Position numbers and translations under genes: made by a program. The notes under the pieces were generated by a model, which was not told the origin of the DNA, did not search any database, and saw only the letters and a list, made by a program, of their open reading frames with translations. Shown here piece by piece: positions 23,613 through 36,320 of a stretch of DNA of 64,000 bases (position 1 is its first letter; each line of letters opens with the position of its first letter). The stretch spans positions 930,001 to 994,000 of the forward strand of contig NC_058369.1 of assembly GCF_018350175.1 (NCBI RefSeq), written 5' to 3'. This DNA comes from Felis catus. Taxonomy: Eukaryota.

Positions 23613-23719
23613 CATGCGCTCGTGTGGCTGCAGGCTGCCGAAGCCCCCGCCCAGCACGGGCCCGAAGCCCGCCTGGCCCGGGGGATTCCAGAGCTCGGCC
23701 GCAGGCTGCAGGCTGCCAT
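23613..23719 (-). CDS. TCF3: TCF3 exon 10 (107 nt, shorter than human)
   Basis: DGSLQPAAELWNPPGQAGFGPVLGGGFGSLQPHERM; cag| and |gtgagt boundaries. Confidence 0.93.
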
Positions 23720-23796
23720 CTGTGGGGCGGGGGGGGGGGCAGACGGTGAGGTGGGGGGGGGCCCGGCCCGGCCCCCTCAGGCGAGCCCCCACGTAC

Positions 23797-23899
23797 CTGC
23801 CGTGTAGAAGGGGGTAGGGTAGGTGCCGCCAGGGGTCTTGGCGGTTGGGTAGGCGGCGGTGTCCCTGCCGTAGTCGTCACCTGAGCTGGACGGGTACAC
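23797..23899 (-). CDS. TCF3: TCF3 exon 9
   Basis: [34 protein letters not shown]; 103 nt. Confidence 0.95.
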
Positions 23900-24993
23900 C
23901 TGTGGGCAGGTGGGTGCGGTCAGGTGCGGGGGGAGGACACCCCACCCCTCTGTGCAGCTGACCTTCCCCAGCACTGGAGGCTCTGGTGGCGCCCTTACTC
24001 CTCTAGTTCCTCCCCTCCCCACCTCCTGTCCCCCCCCCGCCCCCCCAAGTTCCAGGCTCTGGCACCTGAGGTCTTTGCAGACGGGACCCCCTGCCGAGAA
24101 CGCCCCCCCCCCCCCCGCCCCAGTCCGGAAGATGCTCTCGGTCCGTCAGAGCAGAACCTGGCTGTGATGCCCCCAGCCCTTCCTTCTTCCTCAGCCCCCT
24201 GCACCGGAGCCCCCCCAAGGCCGCAGCCCTGATCACAGAAGATGTGGGGGCCTCGGAGGCGGGGCCCTGGACTAACACCCGGCCCTTGGTTCCAGAGCGC
24301 CAAGAAGGCAAAGCAGCCCTAGGGTCATGCTGACGTCGGAGGGACACTGCTTGAGGCGGAGGCCAGGCTGGCAGGAAAGCCCCGGGTCGGCTGGGAACGC
24401 CCGCCCTGGCCCTGGAGCGGAAGTGGGGTCAGTGCCGGTGGGGTGGGCCGGGCCGAGTCAGGCTCAGGGGGCTCTCAGCTCTGATGTCCCAGGAAACCGG
24501 GGCGGGGGCTCAGATGGGGAAAGCGGGGGTTGACGTCTCAAAGGAGCTTGACCCACACCTCCCAGCTGCAGACCAGAGCGCCAACCCCGTGACCCTGACC
24601 CCGGGGTCTGGTGCAACCTGCGTCGGCCTACGGGGGCTATGCCCAGCCTGGGGGGCCCAGGGGGGCTCCCGGACGCCGGTGCAGGAGCCAGACACCCCAG
24701 CAGATTGCCGTTTCTTCCAGGGAGTCTGTTGCCAGAGCGTGGCCCCCTGCCAATCGCCAGGCGGCAGGGCGGGGACTCTCTGACCTGGGCCCCCAGGGTG
24801 CCCCCGAGACCCCATCACACTCAACCCAAGGTGCCTTGCCCACAAGTGCCACGTGGCTCTTACAGGAGGAATCCAAGCTAGACCCGAGAAACAATGTCCT
24901 GGATTCCTGCATACCAGCTGTCACAGCTACGACCTCCAGCCTGGGGGCCACCCCCTCCCCCGGGAACGTGGCAGGTGGGACCCCGCGACTCAC

Positions 24994-25043
24994 CGAAGAC
25001 GGGAGACCTGGCGGCACCTTCCGGACCTTCTTGGGCTGTGTGT
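24994..25043 (-). CDS. TCF3: TCF3 exon 8 (NLS PKKVRKV)
   Basis: DTQPKKVRKVPPGLPSS; 50 nt. Confidence 0.96.
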
Positions 25044-25638
25044 CTGTCAGGAGCAAGGGGAATCGGGGGTCCTCAGGGCGCCTCCTGCCCCCACCACGTG
25101 CCCAGGTCTCTGCTCCGTCCCTCCCTGCCACCGTCCTGGCTCCCGCCCTTGCAAACTCGCCTACTGCCCAACTCAGGGACCCAAAATCTCTACGTGCAGG
25201 GCTCATGTGGCCACTCGGGCACGCAAACCACGGGGACAGCGTGAGCCACCAACACACGTGGCCCAGCCGAGGAGGAACCGGGTCCTCCTCACGGCCGACT
25301 CAGTGCCCGGAGTCTTGCATCTTTGGGTCTCGTGGGTCCTGCCGCCATTTAAAGCGTCCCCAAGCACGGTGCCGCGGTGCGGGCCAGTGTCCCCAAGCGT
25401 GACAAGGCCACGATGTGGCGGCAGGGAAAACCCGCACCGGGCGGGTCACGGGGCTGCTGCTGGCCCAGAGCCGAGCGCCGAAGGACCAGGAGGAGACCCT
25501 GCACGAGGCGTGCCCGGGCAGACGCTCCCAACGCGGGGCCCAAACGCACCTGCTCCTTCCCCGCTACAAACCCGTCCCTCCAGCCAGGCCCCGCCAGCAG
25601 CGGGGGGGGGGTGGGGGGGTGGCGGGGTCCCCACTCAC

Positions 25639-25768
25639 CCAGTCCGCTCTCCGCGGCTCTCCGCCGAGGGTGGCCGGCGTAGGAGTAATACTGGGAGCCG
25701 CCCTTGGTGCCCGAAGGGGACAGCGGCCCCGGGCTGCTGAGGGCCAGCTCGCTGGGCAGGAAGCCAGC
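25639..25768 (-). CDS. TCF3: TCF3 exon 7
   Basis: [43 protein letters not shown]; 130 nt. Confidence 0.95.
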
Positions 25769-26884
25769 CTGGGGGGAACGAGAGGGAGAGGTCATCGTGG
25801 GGCGCCGGGCCGGCATCTGGGCCCGCTGCTCGGAGCCGCCCGAGGGGTGCCGGCGGCCCTCAGCGGAGCCCCTTCCTGCCCTGCTCGGCACGGTCCCCTC
25901 CCGACAGCGGTCCCGTTTCTCTGATCGGAGACGTGAGCGACCGTAAGCCTCAAGCTCTTTCCCAAGAGGGAGAAAGAAAAGCCGCCAGCAAACCGCGGCC
26001 CTTCTAGGACGCCGGGCGTCGAGGCGCCACAGAAACCTGGTGGCTTCACTCTGCGCGTTTTCTGTTTTTTTAAAGGTACCCGGCTTCGGCTTCGTTTTGC
26101 GTGTGTTAATTTGAAACAGACTTCCTTTCCTCAAGGGCAGAAACGACCAGGGTTCAAGCCGGTTCCGCAGCTCAGGTGAGCGGCCGCTCCACGCCTCACC
26201 CTTCCTGTCTATACGGCTGGCCCTCAACAGCTGCACCCGCTACCGCTCCTGAGGGGACACGGCACGCGGACAGGTGGCACCAACCGGGACAAAGCCCGGC
26301 CGCACCGAGCTGGAAGAGTCCCAGGCCGGGGCCCACACTGGGACACGGGGGCTGGTCACTGCCGCCCTGCCTCTCAGCTAGGTCAGTGTGGTGGGGCTTT
26401 CGCCTGCGCCGGGGGCTCCCCGGGAGGCTGTGGGAGACCCAGGGCCAGGCTGAGAGGCGGGGGGGCGTGGGGGGCGGGTTGCAGGCCGGCCTCAGCGTCC
26501 CCGCCTGCAACCTGGGGGTGGCACGTCTCTCAGACCCTCCAGCCGTGCACGGTGACCCCCGAAACCATTGTTGCCCTATAGACTACCCCAGGTCGGGGAG
26601 CCACGGGACAAGGGCCGTGGCCTCCCCGGCACCCCCTCACCCGGTCCACACCCAGCCTGCCGGCCTCCCGGAGTCTGGCCGTACTGCAGCCGACCGGCTC
26701 TCGGCTCAACCAGGGAACCTCCTGCAGAGGAGAAGAGGTCCGTGACGCGTCTGTTTAGTCACAGCCCCGGGGCAGGGGGGTGGGGTGGGGGGTGGAGGCG
26801 GTGGGGCGGACGCGTGACGGCAGCCCCCTGCTCCACTCTCCAGAGCAGCGGACCCAGCAGAGAGGCCCTGGCCCCAGACCTCAC

Positions 26885-26952
26885 CTGACTCAGGCCGCCA
26901 ACACCCGCGTCTCTCCCGAAGGCAGTGTATGCGCTCCGCTCGCTGCCCTTGC
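26885..26952 (-). CDS. TCF3: TCF3 exon 6
   Basis: GKGSERSAYTAFGRDAGVGGLSQ; 68 nt. Confidence 0.94.
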
Positions 26953-28687
26953 CTGGAAGAGAAAAGACTCACTGGGAGCGGACCCCGGGGAGGGCGCGTC
27001 CCAACGGCTGACCCACCGCCAGGCACGTGCCTGCACACCGCAGTCACCGGATCGTGCGCAACACCAACAGGGCTTTGGAGGAACCCTGGCCCCCCCGTCA
27101 GGCTCGGGGACGAGCAGAGGTCTGGACAGACGCTGTCCCAAGATGACCTGCAGAGGATGTGGCGAACCGCTGGGGGCCCCCGCACGTGCTGCCCCCAAGG
27201 GGGGACGGCAGGGATCTGCACTTGGCTTCCGTTTTCTCCATTCACGGTCCCGAGGCATCCGCTCCGCAGAGTGCTGGGCTCCCAGGGGACAGGCCGGGGT
27301 CCCGTGCAACCGCGAGGTTCAGCACCAGGGCCCTGGGCTCCACCCAAGCTCCTGAAGAGCGTGTGGCGGCCCCTGCGTGGGCGGGCAAGGCCCGGACCTG
27401 TGGGGACGCAGCCTGCCCATCAGTACCAATGTCAACGGAGGCCCGGACCTACCACTGACCTGGCCTCGTGGAGGCAGAGGCCCAGGCTGATCAGGACCCG
27501 AGCCCCTTAAAGCTGATTCAGGCTGAAGCTGGGCGCTGGTGACGGCTGAGTGGAGACCATAACCTGCCTTGACGTGAGTGAGGGATTCAAGTGCTCAGCC
27601 GACTACTGGATTTCCTCTCAAGCTACAGGAGAACGTTCCCCGGTTCCTTTATACAGAACTACAATTTCAGCCCGGCTCCTGGAGCAGGTGCTGCTGGGGG
27701 GATGCCCCACGGGCTATGTCCCCAGTCCCACCTCCCCAAGACCCAAGAGGCCAGAGGGGGTCTGTCCCGGTCCCGGGAGTGAACGGTGGTGCCCTGGCTC
27801 CCGTGCCCCCGGGGTCAGCAGGGCAACAAGGCCACGGCTCTGGGCTCGGCCCAGGAGGACGGCTTCCCTCCCAGACTCTCAGCTCCCCTGCAACAGGAGC
27901 GGGTTGGGGTCCGGGCCCTGCGTACAGCAGGCACCAAACAGGGGCTTCCTGGGAGGCAGGACGAGGCTGGAGAGGTGCGGCCACGAGCCCCGTGGGCCCA
28001 GAGAAGGGACCTAAAGCTGTGCGCTGGGCCCGCACATCAGGGTGGGAGGACCGCGGCCTCACCGCGGAGCTGGACCAGGCTGACAGCGACAGCATGAAGC
28101 CCAGGGCGGCCTGGGTGCCACGTGCTGGGCCTGGGACACAGCTGGGCTCTGGGCCCTGGTGACCAGGCCTGGCCGTGGGAAACTGCCCACGTCAGGAAGA
28201 AGCGGGAGGAAGGAACAGCAGAAGGGAACCGGCGTCCCGGCAGGTGCACAGGCCACCCGAGGCCACGTGCTGGGCCAGCCTCCACCCTCCCGGTCTGGGA
28301 GACGGGCAGACTCCCGCCGCACAGCGCGTCCTCGGACGCTGCCCCCCACTCCCTCCGCAGGCGCCGCGCACCCTGTCGTGGGGACGTGCACGGCCACCCG
28401 TCCACCCAGACCCCGGGGGTCCCAGGGGCCGGTATGGAGGGCTTCTGTGAGCATCCCAATCCCACAGTCGTGACACCGAGGGGACAGTACCCCCCTGGGC
28501 CCCAGCGGGGAGGGACCACCTCCGTGAGTTGCCAGGACCCCGAGCCCATTCTCCCGTGGGCACCAGGCCATAACCACCTGCGTCCTCGCTCCAGGAGAGC
28601 CCCCTGCAGCACGGTGCCTGGAGTGTGCCGGCCACACCCGGGGGCCACACTCGAGCACGGGGGGAGGGGACCGTGTGGCACACTCAC

Positions 28688-28766
28688 CCGCGAGCCCAGG
28701 TCCCAGGAATGTGGACGGAGACAGGCTGTCGTGGGGCTCAGGGAAGTGCGTGCCTTCGCCATAGGC
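28688..28766 (-). CDS. TCF3: TCF3 exon 5
   Basis: AYGEGTHFPEPHDSLSPSTFLGPGLA; 79 nt. Confidence 0.94.
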
Positions 28767-28963
28767 CTGTGGAGAGACACGCGGGCGTGAGGGGAAGCAG
28801 GCGGCTAGTGAGTGCCCGACTTGGGACTCGAACCCACGTGTCTGAGCCCAAAGCCACAGGAGACCAGGCTGGCACGTGACTTCCCCGTGAGCCTCAGTTT
28901 CCCATATACTCCCCACGCTGGAGAGGAGAAAGCCAGGTCTCAGGCCTCACAGAGGTTCCTTAC

Positions 28964-29037
28964 CCGGCTGGGGTCAAAGGAGGAGCTGTTCTGGTCGCCG
29001 GTGCCCCAGGAGCCCGAGCCGGGTCGGTCCTCGAGCC
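28964..29037 (-). CDS. TCF3: TCF3 exon 4
   Basis: [25 protein letters not shown]; 74 nt. Confidence 0.95.
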
Positions 29038-29229
29038 CTGCAGGGCAAGAGAAGAGAGTCAGGGTCCCCGTCGCCGCCGCTCGACTCTAAACGTGGCTTT
29101 GGTCCCCACCGCCTCAGGGACAAGCCCTCATTCGACTCGGCAGGTCTTCTGGGCCCTTCCTGATCCAGCCTGGGCCGAAGCCCATCTGGCCCCACCAACC
29201 CCAGCGCTGCCCCTATTTAAACTGCTGAC

Positions 29230-29422
29230 GGGACGCCTGGCCGGCTCAGTTGGTCGAGCGTCTGAATCTGGATTTTGGCTCAGGTCGTGACCTTATGGTC
29301 CCGGGATCAAACCCGGCGTCAGGCCCTGAGCTGAGCACTGAACCTGCTTGGGATTCTCTCTCTCTGCCCCTCTACCGCACCCGTGTGCACATACGTGTGC
29401 TTTCTCTTAAAAATAAAATCTT
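29230..29422 (+). mobile_element. CAN-SINE (older)
   Basis: SINEC head and CT tract; its tail is the target of the next SINE. Confidence 0.8.
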
Positions 29423-29657
29423 AGGGGCGCCTGGGTGGCGCAGTCGGTTAAGCGTCTGACTTCAGCTCAGGTCACGATCTCGCGGTCCGTGAGTTCGAGC
29501 CCCATGTCAGGCTCTGGGCTGATGGCTCAGAGCCTGGAGCCTGTTTCCGATTCTGTGTCTCCCTCTCTCTCTGCCCCTCCCCCGTTCATGCTCTGTCTCT
29601 CTCTGTCCCAAAAATAAATAAACGTTGAAAAAAAAATTTTTTTTAAATAAAATCTTA
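29423..29657 (+). mobile_element. Young SINEC_Fc-like element inserted in the tail of the previous SINE
   Basis: Near-consensus sequence; TSD aaataaaatctta at ~29410-29422 and ~29645-29657. Confidence 0.92.
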
Positions 29658-30659
29658 AAAAACGAAACAACTGCCCCTGGTGGGAAGCGCCCCCGACATC
29701 CCGGCAACTAGCATCCCTTCAGACCCACAGTTCAGCCTAATTCTACCAGCTACCTCTGCTGGCAAACTCCTACCCGTCCGTCAAGGCCCCAGCCACTATG
29801 CCCGCCCCGGGCAGGGCCCTCACTCTCAGAGCCTCCTCCCTCCAGCCCCTAGTTTCTCCCTCTGGCCCAGCCCTGACCCCAAGGGACCGGGGCCTCTACA
29901 TCAGGCTTAGTCCCTCCTGACCCTGAAGAAAGGTTCACGAGGACGTCAGTGAACGGATGAAGAGTGACAGATAACCTCTGATCTCAGGCAAGCGGGAGGC
30001 TCTCCCTTCCCACCACTGACAATTCTGGAGGGGGGGACCGTTCCTCGGTGGAAACAACAGCACAGCCGCAACCGACTGCCTTCCAGACACAGGCCGGCAG
30101 CCCCTTAAGGGTGGAGTGGAGCCCCGGTTAGGTCCGGGCAGAGACAACGGGCTGCTGCCAGCCCGGTGGACCCCCGAGGCCGACGGCGCAGGGGAGTTAG
30201 CCAGAGAGGCAGAGGACCTGGGTCTGTAGCGGTGGGGTGGGGTGGGGTGGGGCGGGGAGGGACCCTTATCTCCCCTAACACTCCCAGGCACCACCCAGTA
30301 GGCACAGACCCTTAAGGACCAGGGCTCTAAAGCTCACTGCCTGGCAAACACATGCAGAGAAGTCTGGGGGCCCCCAGACTGGCCCCAGGACCACTCTCCA
30401 CGTGCCTCAGTCTCCCTCCTGTGTAAACAGGAGGAGTATGAACAGACCCTCCTCCACAGGACCCGAGTCGGGCTGGAGGGTGACGGGGTGGAGGTTTGTG
30501 CCCAGGCCCTAAGTCTCAGCCAGGAGAGCCACCTCAGTGGCCCCGGGACCCGACACAGCTGGACTTTGGGGGAGGCTACAGGAACCCCAGCCCGGATCCT
30601 TCCGCCAGCCCACCCAGCCTCCCGTGCTCGTCTTGACCAGAAACTCCTTTCAAATTTCA

Positions 30660-30800
30660 CCCTATTGCGGTGCCTTTGTGTTAATCGTCTCTCCCCAAGC
30701 TGGTGTTTAATTGCTGTTAGATTTGCATAATTATGCATATTAATCCCTCAGCCTAATGAATATTCATACAGCCCACATACGTTTTATTTTCTAATCAAAA
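30660..30800. promoter_or_regulatory. Candidate intron-3 enhancer with SOX and POU motifs
   Basis: AT-rich island: CCTTTGT, ATTTGCAT 30721-30728, ATGCATATTAAT 30733-30744, ATGAATATTCAT 30756-30767. Confidence 0.55.
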
Positions 30801-31384
30801 AATCCCAACGCGATTGCAGTGGGGGGCTGCCTTAGCTGGGGTGGGGGTGGGGGCACACCCACAGGGGCTCCCGCGGTCCGGGGGTCTACCCAGCGTTTGC
30901 CACCAGGTTTGAGGGTCTGTACCTGAGGTCCCGGACCCCTACCTGGGCTCTGGGAACAGAGCGGCCGGTGAGGCAGGGCGACCTGGGGCAGAGTGCCAGC
31001 AGCCCGAGCCTCAGTCTCCTTCTGCACCCAACTTGCCTGTTACCCACCCCTTCTGGAGCAGCCCCCCACCCGCCGGGGCATCCACAACGTGCCCCTGGAG
31101 GCAGCAGACCCCGCAACTGTGAGCAGGGAGGCCACATCCGAGACCACAGCAGACCGCGTCGGAGGAAACAGCCTCGGCACCCACAGCCCAGCCCCCGCGA
31201 AGCCCAGCAGCCTGAGGGGCACCCCAGGACCCATGGCCCAGGGACTTGCACCCACAGAGCCCAGGAGCTCTGGGCAGAGGTAACGGGTGTTGTTCTGTCC
31301 TTTCTGGAAAAACCCCTCATGGGCCTCTGGCCTCCCCTCTTCTAACGGTGACAGAAACGGGGACGGCCCCTCCCTCCCCCACTG

Positions 31385-31500
31385 CACGTGATTAATCATA
31401 CACTTTAATAATCATCATGAATATTCATAACACCCCTCGTTCGTGTTCTAATTAAAACGTACTAATAGAATAAAATGCTGCTGTCAGACTGCAATTTTTT
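31385..31500. promoter_or_regulatory. Second candidate intron-3 enhancer (POU/homeodomain)
   Basis: AT-rich island: TGATTAATCA 31389-31398, ATGAATATTCAT 31417-31428, CTAATTAA. Confidence 0.5.
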
Positions 31501-32074
31501 TTACGCCTTTTTTCTTTTCGGCTGCACGGGGCCAAGAGGCTGCCTCAGACTAGAGCAGGAGCGGGATGGGACAGAGCTGAGGGTAGGGGTGCCCCGCCAG
31601 GGCCACGTCTCGGGCCTGAAGTGCCACTTAACCTGCCTGGGCTGCTCTGAGGACAGGGGACCGGAAGCGCTGGGGGGGGTGGGGGGGGGCAGGGCGTGGT
31701 GGGCCCTTGGCAGACCCTGGTCCCCACCTGGCGACATGGGGCGGCAACGCTGGTTGGGACCCAGTGGCCCACGGCATGTGCTGGACTCCCCAGAAACCGG
31801 GGTGGCATCCTGCAACCCGGGGACCCCCACAAACCCCTTCTGCCTGCTTTTGGTAAATAAAGTTTTACTGACACGTGACCACGCCTGTTTGTTCCTGCAA
31901 AGACAGAACAGATTAGCTGCTGGCCCTTTATGGAGAAGCTCAGCCAACCCCAGCAGGAAGGAAGATTCCTGAAGCTGGTTACTCTGTACAAAGAAGCCTG
32001 ACCCACAGATGTCGGGACCGGGCGCGAGGCTGGGGCGTGGGGCAGGCAAGACCCAGGTGGTCGTCAGCCCAGCT

Positions 32075-32272
32075 CAGGTGCCCAGGGGGGCTCAGTCAGT
32101 CAGGCATCCAACTTGGGCTCAGATCACGATCTCATGGTTCCTGAGTTTGAGCCCCGTGTCGGGCTCTGTGATGTCAGCACAGAGCCTGCTTAGGATCCTC
32201 TCTCTCCCTCTCTCTCTCCGCCCCTCCCCTGCTTGTGCTCGCTCTCAGATTAAATGAAGCTAAAAAAAAAAA
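32075..32272 (+). mobile_element. CAN-SINE
   Basis: SINEC head, CT tract, A tail. Confidence 0.85.
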
Positions 32273-35200
32273 GACGCCTTAAGAACCACCACTTGGCAGA
32301 CGCTCGGGAAATTCGCCCTCTCCAGCTCCCCGGGCGGCCGGTGCACGCTGGGCCCGTCAGCCCCCCTTGGGCCCTTCTGTCTCACCATCCAAATCTTCCC
32401 AAGCCGGGGGCTCGTCGGGCAGCACCGAGGGGCTCGTGTGGGGGCAAAACCGACACCAGTTTGGACTTGGAGACCGGGGCCGTGCACTCCCACGAGCCAG
32501 GGGAGGCCTCTCTTCCTGGGATTTTGGGGGCTAACCCTTCAATTCCTGTGTCATCCCGGAGCTGGAGAAAAGCTACGAGGGGCGCAGTGGGCCGAGCCCC
32601 GAACCCAGGCTCACTCGGCCCCCGCGTTCCCGGCCCTCTGCTCCGTCCTCTGCCCTGTTCGTTGGCAGGAACACTGGGTTTTCTGGGCTGCATGGTCTCA
32701 CATTTCAGCAAGGTCTCCAGGGCTGGCCACGACCGGAGGCCACCCAACGCCCCCCACCCCCTGCTGTTTTCTGGAAAGGAGGGGACCCGGCGTGGGAACC
32801 AGCAGCAGCAGGAGAGCCCAGCAGCGAGCACCCCCCAGGCACTGCCGTTCCCGCCAGAGGCACCGGGTTCCGCGCGGCTGGGGGCAGGTGCCCCGAGCGG
32901 GGGCAGGAGAGCGGGGCCCCTGCTCACAACCCGTGAGCAAGCAGATCGGAGACAGACAGGGAATTGAGGCCACGCCCCACCCTTTCCAAGACCAGGAGGA
33001 CCCCAAGCCAGGGGCTCTGCCCCCCGGCCCCAGCAGCCCGCAGCCCTCCTGTGGATCCCACTCGTATGTGATGCACGGGGAAACGGGGCCCCCGCTGCAG
33101 AAACTGGGCCCCCCGTGGATTTCAGACCCGTGACCGACTCCTAACGGAAAGACCCTCGTCCTGCTTCAGGCTCAAGGGGGACCCATGGGGCATCCGAGTG
33201 TGGGGACGGGAGAACCTCCCCAACCTGGGGCCTCCGTGCGGGCAACGGACACAAAACAGAGACACGCGTGGAACACGGAAGAAAGACCAAGATTCCGGAA
33301 GATCCGCAACGTCAGCAACAGCCACGAGGCCTCAAGGGAAGGCCCGGAGCTGGCGCGGCTGGTGGAGACGAGGTTTCAGGGAGACAGAAAGCCCGCAAAG
33401 CGGCAGCGGCAGGAAGGACGCCGCGGGAGGGCAGGAGGGACGGGGCTCGGGGACCATGCACGGAGGGACGTGGCGGGAGACCCACGCCCACAGAGCTGGC
33501 CTTCCGCGACACCGGACTCCGAGGCGCAGCCGACCAAGCATTCCTGGGCCCGGACCCCGAGGGCTCGCGGACGACCCCAAACGGGACGGGGACGAGCACC
33601 GCACACGCGGTCCTGAGCGCAGAAGACGGGCCAGGGCGGCCCCAGAGACGTGGGCGCGGGTGGCCGTCAGCCAGGCGAACCCTCCCGGCCTCGCGGGTGG
33701 GGAGCGGGGGCATGAAGAGCCCAAGTGGCAGGGTCGGCGCCCCGACGCCCGGGCAGCCCCCACAGGACAGGGCGTCCGGTTTCCCCGCTGGGAACGGGAG
33801 CTTTGCCGTGGTATTACAAACCCTGGAACAGCCACCCGCGGGGCCGCAGACGGCGCGACCTCCCAGAGCCAATTCCAGAAGGCACACGCCCGCCAGGAGC
33901 AGGGCAAGGAGAGAGCAGCAGGGCAGGAGGGCCCGCGGAGCGCAGGGCGGACGCACCGGGCAGAGCCACCCGGGGGGGTCGGGACGCGCGCGGGGCAGCC
34001 TGGCTCCAAGGCGCCTTCTCGGAGGACGGGCCGGATCGCCCACGAAAACCCCACAGAGCGAGTTCCACAGGCCGTGCCTCGCGGCGGCCGGCACGCACAC
34101 AGGCCCGACCCACGGACGCCGGAGAAGCCGGCGCCGTGCCTGGTCCTGGACGCGACACGCGTGGAAACCGCGATCGGGCTGCGCGTCACACCTCTAGGCC
34201 GCGAACGACGACAGAGCAGCCGCCGTGGCGACAACAGGAGGCTCCGGCCACACCCGGCACAGCACCGGCCGCCTCGCGTTAGGCAGTCGCGGAACGAACA
34301 CCCGCTCCCTGCCTGGAAGCCAGAGGTCTCCGCGGGAGCCTGACGCCACGAGCACCTCTTCCAGACAAACGACAAGTGGGTCTAAGAAGTAACGAGACAT
34401 GCATTTCGGTGGCCAGCGGAACGAACGCGCACGCGCACACACAGCGAGCGGGGGAGGGGAAGAAGTCCGGGGGAGAAGAGCAGTCTGACGGCAGAACCAA
34501 GTCCGGAGGAAAGTGAACACGACGAGAGAGGAGGCAGCTGAACCGAGGACGAAGAACGAGAAGGAAAACCAAGCAGGCTGGGAACCAAGATGGGGCCTGC
34601 CTGCTCACACACCGCGACCCGTGGCCGCGCAGCTCCTGGAAGGCTAACGCGTTAGCCACCTTCAAACGTGTCCGAAGTGAGATCTTCTCCTGAGAAAACG
34701 CCACAGCAGACAGGAGGCAGGGACGCAACCTCAACAGGCCCATCGCTGCAGGACCAAATGTGGCTCGAGAAAGCATTCAAGGCAAAGAGGGCGGAGGGTG
34801 GTTCCCCAGCGCCCGCGGTCCCGCCCGTCGGAGACTGTTCCCGAGCCGGGTCCAGGCACGGGCCCCACGCACCTTGGGGACAAGGGCAAAGCGAGGAACG
34901 TCCCAGGGGAGAAAAAGGGCCGAGGACAGTGCCAGGACATGGCAGAGGAGGACGGCCGAGGGCCGGACCACGACGCCCTGACCACACTCACGGATGGCCA
35001 CGTGTGACCAGAAGGCAACGCCCCGAGACTGATAAACACACACACACGTGCGCACACGGGAAGATCTATCTCAGAGCCACAGCCTGCATCGGACCCGGCC
35101 CCGCTGACGAGCCGACAGCAGGCGCCGGAGGATGGCCCCGCTGCACCCAGAAAACGAAACCCAGGCAAAATGCGAATCATTAAGGGGTGTCGACCCGGTA

Positions 35201-35322
35201 GAAGCAAACCACACGGAAACCTGTCAGACACCTCGACGACCCTCACCGGAGGAGCAGGGGCGGGAAAAACAAAAGCACACAAGAACCAACCGCCCCATGC
35301 TTCAGCTCCCAAGGTTTATTCT

Positions 35323-35541
35323 CTTCTTTTAATACTTTATTCGCTTTACACTGGAGAGAGACCGCACGCGTGTACGAGCGGGACAGGGGCAGAGACAGAG
35401 GGAGTCACAGACTCGGAAGCGGGCTCCAGGCTCCGAGCCGTCAGCACAGAGCCCGACGTGGGGCTCGAACTCATGAACCGCGAGATCGTGACCTGAGCCG
35501 AAGTCGGACGCTCAACCGACTGAGCCCCCCCAGGCGAACCT
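35323..35541 (-). mobile_element. CAN-SINE
   Basis: Reverse SINEC; TSD ccaaggtttattct at 35309-35322 and 35542-35555. Confidence 0.9.
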
Positions 35542-36285
35542 CCAAGGTTTATTCTTAAAGCCCTAAGGGTCAACACAGAAAACCTACACGGACGGGGAAG
35601 GAACCCGGGAAACAGTGCTGTGGAGACAGCTCCTCCCAGAGTCCCCGTGAGTTTCACAGGGTGGGGTGGGAGCGGGCGTGAAGGGATTATTCCCGAGAGT
35701 CTGCGGAGGCACAGCTGAGGGGGGACCGGGGCACCCCGGGAGCACCGGGCGGCCACAGACAGTTCACGGCTGCCCCGCCCGCCCGCACCCGAGGACGCGC
35801 CCTTCCAACCACCCTGAGGCGTCCTGGGCCCCGAGTCTCCCGCTGACACACAACACGCTTCTCTCTGCTTGATCCGTCCTGGCGAGTGGTCCTTCCCCCG
35901 AGCACGACTCTGGCCATGCCCGCGAGTCCACCCACCTGCGGGTTTGAGTGCCGGCCTTAACCCAACGGGCAGGTTAGAAGGAATTTCAGCCTTTCCGAGC
36001 GGCCAGACCTTTTCTACTTTCCGGCCTCTTGTCTCCTCCTCATTTCACTGCCCTGTTACCACAGAACACGGTCTGTGCTCCCGTCTTTCCTTCTCGTTCG
36101 TCAGATGTTGCACTGTGACCGGTACGTGGTCAATCTTCATAAAGGGGGTGTGGTCCGGAGGTCCCGGGCCCGGCCTTTCGAGGGCACGTGCTTCTACCAA
36201 GGACAGGCCCTCCTCGGAACTACCCGGAAGCTCTTAGGTGCCCTCTGCCAGCCTCTCCATCAGTGGCCCAGGCCCAGGGCCGGGG

Positions 36286-36320
36286 CCAGGACCAGGACCA
36301 GGACCAGGACCAGGACCAGG
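36286..36320. repeat. (CCAGGA)n hexamer repeat, about 6 copies
   Basis: Read directly. Confidence 0.92.

Noticed and set aside
33198-34375. Overlapping 300-380 aa ORFs on both strands in TCF3 intron 3
   Set aside because: Arg/Gly/Ala/Pro-biased, no recognisable domain, open in several frames; expected at this GC content.
34642-34657. 16-bp palindrome GGCTAACGCGTTAGCC and a nearby weak pseudo-exon (~34660-34690)
   Set aside because: Isolated, weak donor, and no supporting context.
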